Part shown: positions 1 to 10,084 of the stretch, piece by piece
Layout of the letters: every line of letters starts with the position of its first letter
Numbering within the stretch: the first letter of the stretch is position 1
Assembly: GCA_043228905.1 (NCBI GenBank)
Contig: JBHGNT010000008.1
Span: 3,162,001-3,226,000, forward strand
DNA length: 64,000 bases
From: Azolla caroliniana
Taxonomy: Eukaryota; Plantae; Polypodiophyta
Direction: 5' to 3'
The notes under the pieces: model-generated
Seen by the model: only the letters and a program-made list of their open reading frames with translations
Told to the model about the DNA's origin: nothing
Database searches by the model: none
Made by a program: the position numbers and the translations under genes

Positions 1-382
1 TATCTGCTATAGTTGTTTTTGCTTCATGAATGCACTATATCTTCACGCTTCTTTGATACAATTGGACTTTAATTCATAAATGCACTATGCCTTCATGGCT
101 ACTTGATATAGCAAAATGTACATGCACTATGCACTATGTCTTCATGGGCACCAGAACTGATGTTTGGTTTCATCCATTGTGAATGAATTTAAAGGTAAAA
201 TCACAATTTTGTTTTCTGTTTATGCCTCACATTTCAGCATTTGAATAACCATGTCTCCAGATTTACTTCTCAAATGCACTATATCTCTGTGCTTATGTGA
301 TAGATCTTATGTTTGATTTGATCTCTTCTGGTTGTACGTTTCAGATAATACCACATCTATTCATTCATTGGCAATATTGAGA

Positions 383-3300
383 ATGTATTCCAATACAAAA
401 GGGAAAAGCTCTTGCACTGTAAGAAACACTGTTAGGAAGAATGGAAAAGTTTCAGGTGGCCGCAAATCTTTCAGTACAATTCATTCCATGTAAGTTAAAC
501 AGTTATAAACAGCATTCACTGCTGTAGGAAATCTTTCAATAGACGGACAATATTTAGCATTCTATGAAGTTTTTCAGTACAGTACAATTCATTCCATGTC
601 GGATGAAATCAGTTATGGATGATATATACTATTCTACTGAGTATTTTTATACAATTCCTTTGACGTGTAAAACTGAAATTACCATTGTAATAAGGCTTTC
701 AGTAAAATTCATTCCATGTGCGATGAAATTGGTTGGATGATATGTATTATTCTAGAAAGTCATTATTGTACAGCTCGTTCCATGTAGACTGCAAATTAGT
801 GTTAGACAATATTTGCAATTCTAACAAGGAATTATTGAAAAATCTATAGAGAATGGGCATAGAAAAGAAAAGTGATGTAACCAAGCATTTGAGCTCAACA
901 AAAAGGGATTAAGTCTAGACAATCAATAGAGATCTATAAGCTAAGTCTGCATATTTGAGGAATTGGGATAGAGGTAACTGGTATGTGCTATGATTTTTCA
1001 ATGGGACGAATTTTAACACATTCAACACTTTAAGCAAGGGAAGGCACTGCAACCCATTCAACACATTAGGTAAGAGAAGGCACTGCATTTCAATGCGACG
1101 ATTTTTAACATCTTTGCTGTACATCTTGGAACTTGGTATATCTAATGTGCCTTTGGTGGTAAATATTTTAGGAGACTTTCTTTGTATGAAGGTGATTTTA
1201 GAGTAGAAATGTCTTTGGAGTTGATTGGGTTCCTCTTTGACTGTATCCTCTACTTGATGAATGGCCATTTGAGAGTTCATTTTGTGGACAACCTTTTTAA
1301 TGGCTTGTTTTGTTTTGTTCTCCTTGTTGCCCAAGAATCATATTCAGTTTGTTGCAGCATATTTCATTAAAATGCCAAAAATTATCCACATCTGGATGTT
1401 CACATTTGTTTTTTGAGCCTTATAACGGACATGATATCTTCATATCTGCGTATAATGTTAGAACTATGTTTGACAGAAGGTTGCAACTATTTTCTATAGA
1501 ATTAGAACATCCGAAAACACTATTAATCTGTCAATTTGATTCATTGTTCAACAATTATTTCCCACCTTAGAGAGCAATACTTAAAAATTCTGTGCTTCGG
1601 ATGCATTTGCCTTATTGTAATTTCTGATATTCAATGGACAGATCAGAATCAACCGGAGAAAGGACTGTCAAGAAGTTGAGACTTTCTAAGGCATTGACCA
1701 TATCAGATGATACAACAGTGTTAGATGCCTGCCGACGCATGGTGACTGTCCGGGCAGATGCAGCACTCCTTACTGATTCTAGTGGTTTGTTGTGTGGGAT
1801 CATAACCGACAAAGTATTATAGTCAAGTCATGGCAATTGTTTGAATTTTCCAGCAAAATTATTTGCTATAATATAAATGATCATGGTTGTATGACTGTAG
1901 GATGTGACCACAAGGGTGGTAGCTGAGAATATGAAACCAGAGGAGACGCCTGTTTCAAAGGTTATGACACGGAATCCTGTGTATGTCATAAATGATACGC
2001 TAGCAGTGGAAGCGCTTCAAAAAATGGTTCAAGGCAAAGAAAATGGCTCTCCCTCTCTTTACACTTTCTATCTGACATTTGTATTCTGTATCATATGGTG
2101 GCTGTAGCTGTAGCTTTGGTTCCAAAGGTCATTTTGTACTTCTACAGATGTTAATACTACATTTTCATTTTCTCTCAGCTCTAAAGAAGACAATTATTAC
2201 TCTATTATTTGTTTATCTATGCTTTTTATACTTATTTTGTGCTGTTTTGTAATTATAGGTAAATTCCGGCATCTACCAGTGGTACAAGATGGAGAAGTTA
2301 CAGCACTTCTAGACATTACAAAGTGCCTTTATGATGCGATTGCAAGAATGGAAAGGGCAGCAGAGAAAGGTAATGCCATAGCTGCTGCTGTTGAAGGTGT
2401 AGAACGTCAATGGGGCAATACAGATTCTGGTATGGTTGCGAATCTTTCGAGTTTTGTATTTCTTGAGGATTTATTATGTATATTTAATTTTAGTTATTTG
2501 GGGCAATGCACATTTTGGTATGGTTGCCAACCATTTGAGTTTTGTATTTTTACAGGATTTATTTTCAATTTATTTAGTTGTTTTAATTTATGTAGTTTAT
2601 ATTTGGGGCAATGCAGAAATTTTCTACCATTGATATTCTTTTGAATTTTATATTTTCAGAGGACTATGTTTTTGTTTATTTTAATGTATTGTAGTTTACT
2701 ATCAGGGTCATTGAATCTGGTCGATGCACTACGTGCAAAAATGTTCAGACCATCACTCGAATCAATAATCCATGAAAACTCAAAGTAAGTGTATATGCTT
2801 ATTCTTGTCGTCATGTATGTGGCCCAAAAATACTTTTATGAGTTGTGTACAACCTGATCACATCGGGGTACAATTATGAGTTTAAAGATGAACATTTTGT
2901 ATGTAATCCGTTGCATTATGAGTTCCAGGGTGGCAATTGTATCTCCATCGGATACAATTTACATGGCTGCGAAAAAGATGAGAGATTTACGGGTGAACTC
3001 AGCAATTGTATCAACAAACAATAAGCCTCAGGGCATCCTCACGTTAGTATGTTTTTATAGTAAGAGCCAAGTACCACTATATTTTAGTTGAATACTTTTA
3101 AAACAACATGTCTAACTAACATTATAGTGAATTTAGTTACTCTATACCTGTTTATTGTAAAAAAACCACAAGTTTTAAGGTATTTAAGATGAACCTGCCC
3201 CAATGCAAATCTTTCTGTCCACCCCTCAGAAAAATGGTTTTACTAGTTTTGATTTTTGTATTGTTTTTTAAATGATATAACTTAACGTTGCACAACTATT

Positions 3301-5660
3301 TAGTGGGATAAAATTTATTTTTCTTCCTATTGCTGTTAAACTATAGTGGGACATGGCTCTATCATTTTTTGTTTATTTTTAATACCCTTTAGTATACAGC
3401 AATTAATCATATTGTTTCTATTTCTCTCAAGGTCTAAAGACATCTTGATGCGAGTAGTCAGTAAGAATCTTCCACCTGATTTAACAGCTGCTGCAGAGGT
3501 ACAGTGGTTCTGATTACAAACCGAGATTTTTAATGTGTTTTCTCTAAATATAGGAACACAATGCTAGTTTCCAATAAAATCTGTACATGCCAGGTCATGA
3601 CACCTAATCCAGAATGCGTTACAATCAATATGACCATTGTGGATGCACTTCATACTATGCATGATGGAAAGTTTCTGCATTTGCCGGTGGTAGACCGAGG
3701 TAATAAAATACCATTCATTCTACTGGGAATTATTTTTCATTCATCCTCAAATATAGCATTGTAAAACTTGTAGAATCTGTAGATTCGATCTTTTGTTTCC
3801 TCTTTCCTACATGCTTTGCCAAGACAACGTATAGGGCGTTATAGTTTTTTAGAGACATGGATATATCTTTCCTTCTTATTTCAGATGGATACATTATTGC
3901 CTGTCTGGATGTTCTACACCTCACACATGCTGCACTTGCAATTGTATGTCGTCCCTAAACCCTAAACCAATATGTATATCATATATCTATGTGGCTCAAG
4001 TTGTATACTTTCTAGGTACACTGATGCTTCTTGTTTACATTGTAGGTAGGAACAGATGGTGGGGAAAATGCAGACATGTCAAACTTCATGATGCATAAAT
4101 TTTTGGATTCAGCTCTTTTGTGGGAACCTGCTGGAGAAGATGATGATAGCCAGAGGTACGCATGTTTCTGCTTCAAAAATTCTTTTTATATTATACTGGA
4201 GGGCATTCTATATTCTAACAGTGTTCACCTCTGGGTTAAGTGATGCTTCCATCCCAAAATCTTATGCTGAAAATTATGTCTCGGATGAAATAAAATACAC
4301 ATCAGTAGACACTTTCTCCTTCAAGCTGGAAGACTTAAATGGGAAAGTCCACCGTTTCCAAAGTGGTGAGTAACATCTTATAAACAGAAGGCTGATGATC
4401 CTGATTACATGTGCTGCTTCTTCGGACAATATGTTTATGTGATATGCATACATGCATACTTATGCAGACACACATATGGTGTTGTAGATCAGATGTGTAC
4501 TAGGCCATAGAGAACGCTTATTATGCATATTAGTGGACAGAAAGTGTAGGAATTGATATCCCCTATGATGTCGTTTTATTATGCTCAAATATGAGATTCA
4601 ACAATTATAGTGTGCTCATTGATTTTCCTTCATTCTGATGTTTCTTCCCATGCCAACGTTGTCTAATATTCAAAACATTTATACAGTTATAAAATATGAT
4701 CAAATATTTCAAGTCTTAAAGTTTTTGGAAGGGAAGAAAACTTCTAAACTGACTACCATTGATTAATGGTATGCGTATTGAACAGGAACAGAAAACTTGG
4801 CCGAACTTACATCCACAATTGTGCAACGAATGGAAATGGATAATGATCAGCCTCTTCACATTACGGTATTAGTATGAATTTTTAAATTATTAATTGGAGA
4901 TGAATACTAGGGATGGAATTATTGGGTTTCCATAGTGTATCTTAATGCAATGTTTCATTTTCAGTATCTAGATGAAGATGGGGATCATGTTGTGTTGTTA
5001 AGCAATAATGACCTAGTAGCCGCAGTAAGTCATGCGAGGTTGCTAGGATGGAAGGTCAGACATATCTCTCTCTCACTCATATTTTATAGCACACTGTCAT
5101 ACCTAGCTTTAGGTTCTATTACCTTCTTAGGAAACATCTAATACTCGGTGTGTAGAAAGGGGCGTAGAAAACTGGTGAACACGAGTGCGATGTCTACATA
5201 TTTATGAGTGACCCCCCTATAGTGTCAATATGTGCCAATGGCATAAGCCCAAGTGTGGAATTTATAATCAATGATTACACAAATGCAGACACGTTAACAA
5301 AAGGATATATTCACATCTCACTTTAAGGGAGGAGAACAACCTACGAGACTGGACAGGAGACTACAAATCTGAAAATATTAAGATTCTTTGAGTTTAGACC
5401 TGTAAATCCTTCATTACATTCCATTTGGAGTTTCTAACAATCTCAAAGACATGCAGACCTTGAAGTTGCACCTGGATTTTTTTCATTCATCCAAACATCA
5501 GAGCTCACATTGTCAAGAACCAAGGGCTGAGAAGGCTGAAAAAACTTGCATTAAGATGGATAACCGTGAAGAATGGATTTCACCTCAATATACAACTGTT
5601 CTAATGGGGGTTGTAATAATAGTTGGTATGAGTACATTCATCTACTTGAGAAGACATTAA
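383..5660 (+). CDS. CBS domain-containing protein of the CBSCBSPB type (4 CBS + PB1 + C-terminal transmembrane helix), 14 exons, ~538 aa
   Basis: Exons 383-489, 1642-1813, 1901-2033, 2259-2429, 2706-2784, 2929-3042, 3432-3498, 3594-3699, 3885-3943, 4046-4155, 4241-4365, 4786-4865, 4965-5054, 5457-5660 join in frame (1617 nt). Motifs GERTVKKLRLSKAL, GKFRHLPVV, MHDGKFLHLPVVD, KFWDSA, PB1 FSFKLED...YLDEDGD and a hydrophobic C-terminus match plant CBSCBSPB proteins. The first exon/start is less certain. Intron 2034-2258 is GC-AG. Confidence 0.92.
467..830 (+). repeat. Diverged tandem copies of the CBS exon-1 3' end plus donor site
   Basis: TTTCAGTACAATTCATTCCATGT-like motif at ~468, ~572, ~697 and ~768, with shared downstream sequence. 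Confidence 0.75.
2411..2700 (+). repeat. Three diverged ~90-105 bp tandem copies starting in the CBS exon-4 3' end
   Basis: TGGGGCAAT(A/G)CA...TTTTGTATT...GGATTTAT unit at ~2411, ~2499 and ~2604. Confidence 0.75.
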
Positions 5661-8475
5661 CACATTGCCTAAGTGATTCTTTGATATGCAAAGATTTTGA
5701 CATTCACATATATAATCAATCCATCTGGATTTATTGATTTGTTTTAGTTTGAAGATGTGCATGAACTCCATGTAAATAGGCATAAACAAGTCATGTTGGC
5801 AGTACGCTGGTCGGCTTCACAAGCAAGCTGCGGGTCTTTTTCAATATATGTTGAGATGGTTGTGACAACCCTTTGGAGACCAAGAGGTCTTTGGTTCAAT
5901 ATGATGATGTGGCATGTAATTTAGGAGAATAGATATATGGTGCAATTCAAAATGGTATACCAATATGAAGTATAAGCTAAAATGAAAAACTAAAATTGTT
6001 TTGGAATTTCACTTTCGATTGGTTCTATGATAAAATAGACAAGTAAAGTGCACGCCTAATGTTATCAATGATGGTGTCATCTTCATTTTGTAGAATGAAG
6101 GCCTTTTAAATTTCAGAATTATTATAGAGTATGTGGTTGTGCTCTAAACCCCAAAACAATGACATAAAAAGTTCTTCTATATTTCATTCCATGAGCTTGT
6201 TGAAATATCGAGTTGGTGAACCTCTGATTTATAAAGCAAAGTTTGCATCATGCATACATCGATTATTAATGCTCTAACATTGCGTTGTGCACAAGTGATG
6301 GCTTCTATTAAAGCATTATGAAGCATGCACAATGCATCCGTTCTTCCATTTTTACATATTGTGAACTTGTTTGAAACTCAATAATTCTCTTTTATGAATG
6401 TTTAAAGTTTTTTACTTTATCTTAGTACAAATCTATGAAGTCTATGTGAGGGGCCTTAGAATTGTAAGCATATACTTCAAAATAAATCTTCTCCAAGCTT
6501 GCTACATCAATGCAGGTGATACCTATGGTCCTAAGAAGTAGGAGCATCTAATGTAAGTGATGTGGTTCTAAGAAATATGATCATATATAATGGAGGTGAC
6601 ATGGTCCTAATAAGTAGGAGCATGTTGATTGAGAGATGTTACCAATACATATTTCAATCCTAGAGAGAGAGAGACAGCCTTGATGATCATGTCACAAATT
6701 TCAACAGTTTGAGCCATCGTTTCTTGACACAAAGAAGATTGACTCGATTTTGTATTCCAATCTCACCTCCTTAGAGGGACTAAAGGATGGACTTTTGGGG
6801 AAGCTCAATTTGAACCAACCTATAGCTCAAAAGTGAGGCTTCAAGAAACTTCATGGACCTCTGAAATAGAGGGAGTGGACGATTTTTTGATATGCTAAAC
6901 CCTTCAATGACCTCTCCAACAATAGTCACAACTTAGTATTTACTTATGTTTTTTTAATACTTTTTTAGAATGCTTTGTATGGTTGTATTGGTTCCACAAT
7001 TCTCTTTTGGCCCATGACCTCCACATGTGCGTGTGTGCGCGCACACACGCGCACATGTATTTGTATGATGTGTGCATTTGGTTCCCTATGTCATGTTTGA
7101 CCTATGAGAGCGAGAGCATTAACACAGTTGCTCTACTCATATTACAAGTGGGCACGCATGGATAGTTGAAAAGTTAACATACAAAATGGTAAGAAAGAAA
7201 CGGTAAATGTAACTTATAATTGTATGGCAAGCTTATTGCGACAAAATAGTGACCATTCTCATTAATGCACTTGTCCCCATGAAATTGATAATTCCATCAT
7301 TGAACAATGCAAACAATATTAAAAATAGAGGTGCATAGCCAACCATGAATGAACTCTAGGAGATTGAAGAAAAAAACTCATTTACCTTTATTGCAAATTT
7401 AGGTTTTGTAACTCTGAACATTACATCAACATGGACACCTTATCCTTCCATTGCATATGTTAATTTGGTGATATGATGCAGAATATATTTGATTGATGAC
7501 CGAATGGGATGATAACATGAGGAAAACTGAATTTTATGAGATGATGGCAATGATAGAGAAGATTGGTTTAGAAATATGAGTTGATCAAAGAAGCACTTGA
7601 GCCATATAAAGATATATCACTTTGATCCAAAACAAGTTTCTATACCAATTAAAAAGGGGAAACCCGTTGACAAAACCTGATTATATGCCGATTGAGAAAG
7701 TCGACTCTTTCATTATATATTACTAGTCACAAATATGTAACCATGGATATGCGGTCACTTTCACAAAAGAAAACTACTTTAAATGTATCTTTCAAACTTT
7801 ATTGAATGTTGGGACATATGCATCTTATCTTTATACATTTGTAAGATTAACACAATCTCTATGAGCATGATGAGCAAAAAGGGTAGAGAATTGGATGGAC
7901 CGACGAATGAATGGTCCACATTGTTGTCGTTAATTGACAAGAAAAAATGGACTCGTTGAGAATCCGAGTGATTACTCATTGGTCAATATGCCCACATATA
8001 TCTCACATTATTTGGGTGCAAGGTTTTGTCTAATGGTTCCAATTGTTGGCCTCCTAAAATCAAACCTTATCCCGTTCTACATATATGTCACATTGTTTGG
8101 GTGCGAGGGTTTGTCCAAAGGTTCCAATTGTTCGCCTCCTAAGGTCGAACCTTATCACGTTCTTTCCCTTCACCCGAATGATTGTTGTCGTTGCCTTCTC
8201 CATTTAAAGACTAGGTTTTTATTTAATACATACCTTGACAGTGATCAATGGTATTCGTTACTATTCTCATGGGAATCTTTCGAAGGGTGGCTAGTTGTAT
8301 GGCGGACGCTTCGAGGGGGGGGGGGGGGGGGGTCGGGGGAGTCCAAGATGCAAAGGAGCATTCTGCATTTCCACACAAAGAAGAGCTCATATGTGGTCGA
8401 ATCCATCGATCCATCCATTGTCGCCTCTGTTCACATCCATTGTCTCATCCGTGGCGTGTTTGTATGATATGCTTA

Positions 8476-8849
8476 TCAATATGTAGTTCGTGTTGAAGCC
8501 ATTTGTCCGAACCAAATTGTCGAAACCAACAGGCCATTGTTGGAGCCCTAAACACGCATGTGTATGAGATGCCTAGCAATATGTAGTTCATGTTGAAGCC
8601 ATTTGTCCGAGCCAATTTGTCGAAACAAACATGCCATTGTCGGAGCCCTAAACACGCGTGTGTATGAGATGCCTAGCAATATGTAGTTCATGTTGAAGCC
8701 ATTTGTCCGAGCCAATTTATCGAAAGAAACAGGCCATTGTCGGAGCCCTAAACACGCGTGTGTATGAGATGCCTAGCAATATGTAGTTCATGTTGAAGCC
8801 ATTTGTCCGAGCCAATTTGTCGAAACAAACAGGCCATTGTCGGAGCCCT
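8476..8849. repeat. 100-bp minisatellite, ~3.7 near-identical copies upstream of EIN2
   Basis: ATGTAGTTC(A/G)TGTTGAAGCCATTTGTCCGA... recurs at 8481, 8581, 8681 and 8781. Confidence 0.97.
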
Positions 8850-8884
8850 AGCCTGTCCATCTATTGTCCATCCATCCATCCATC

Positions 8885-9142
8885 TCTCTTCTCTTCTTCT
8901 TCTTCTTCTTCTTCTTCTTCTTCTTCTTCTTCTTCTTCTTCTCTTAAAAGACATTAACTAATAACAAGTGCTTCATTCATTCATTCTTCTCTTCTAAAAT
9001 CTTCATCCTCCTTCCCCTGTTTCTCTGTCTCTGTCTCTGTCTCTGTTTCTAATCTCTGTCTCTGTCTCTGTCTCTAATCTCTGTTTCTGTCTCTGTCTCT
9101 GTCTCTAATCTCTGTCTCTGTCTCTGTCTCTAATCTCTCTCT
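8885..9142 (+). repeat. (CTT)n and (TCTCTG)n simple repeats; pyrimidine-rich patch of the probable EIN2 promoter/5' leader
   Basis: CTT run at ~8890-8940 and TCTCTG/TCTAATC units at ~9022-9142, read directly from the sequence. Confidence 0.85.
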
Positions 9143-10084
9143 GATCTATCAATTCCTTCAGTAAAGGGACACGTCTCTTTTCCCTTTTTTTTCTTCTCTC
9201 TCTGACACCCACTACATACATACATACTTCAACCCTTCTCCCGAGCTTCCATGGCTACTACCACGTCAATCCATCCCCCTCACCCCACCCCTCATCCTTT
9301 TTGCCCTCTCCCTTCCCCTTCCCCCCCTCCCCCTTGACCTCCGATCACACCCCCCACGCTTAATTCCAGCTCCCTGCACCTGCTGGGGAATATCGCCCTC
9401 CTCTGTGAAAACCCTAATTTGTTTTCTCTATGTGCACAGAAACTGACATTTCGACATCCTCTGCGTGCCATTGCTCTTGCCTGAATCCGTTATTTCGACC
9501 CGAGTCCTTTACATTCCAGAGCTGTGCAGAAACGATTAGATTGATTCAAAACAGGGTCCGTGTTAAAAACCCTAAAATTTCTTGCTCGTACTGTAGAAAG
9601 AAAGAAGGTTTTGTGTACTGCTCGTCCCTCTATAAAGTTCAAGAAATTCAGAATTGTGTAGGAAAAACCAGATTGATTAGAAATAGTGCTTGGGCTAAAG
9701 AAACCGGTTCTGTTTGAGTTACTGATCCGGTTTCTACTTCTCGCCTCAGGAATCCAGCCTCTGAAAAGTTCCAATCCATTTGGAACTGTAGTTTCTGCGA
9801 ATTTCTAAAATCACAGCCTTTGTGAAAAATCTGATTGATGAAAGCAGCATATGGGTAAATCTCAATTGTATTGAGCTGCTTTATCATATTGCTACGAACT
9901 GAAAAACTACGATTGCTGTAAACAGTCCAAAACTAGAGCTTTGTTGAAGAAGGCTCAAAACGGGGCCTGTGGCAAATAATCCATTTTCATTGAGATGCCT
10001 GGGCATATCATTCCTAGAAACTGAATAATCCCATCTTCTGTGAAACCCTAAAACAAGTTATCCAGTAGAGACCCATTTTTCGAG

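Noticed and set aside
915-1334. 139-aa minus-strand ORF in CBS intron 1
   Set aside because: No recognisable domain. Its internal LQCL..L periodicity comes from a ~36-bp DNA repeat, so it is probably spurious or transposon debris.
5845-5905. Possible SINE/tRNA-like head (…GATGGTT…GGTTCAAT)
   Set aside because: Only a partial B-box, with no convincing stems, tail or TSD.
8476-8849. CRISPR-like regular array (also 36615-37130 and 55897-56268)
   Set aside because: The units are contiguous full-length repeats with no unique spacers; there are no cas genes and the context is eukaryotic.
8748-8954. Poly-Arg/Lys/Ser ORFs (also 42161-42979 and 61716-62102)
   Set aside because: These are translations of (CTT)n/(GAA)n and (CA)n microsatellites near gene 5' ends.
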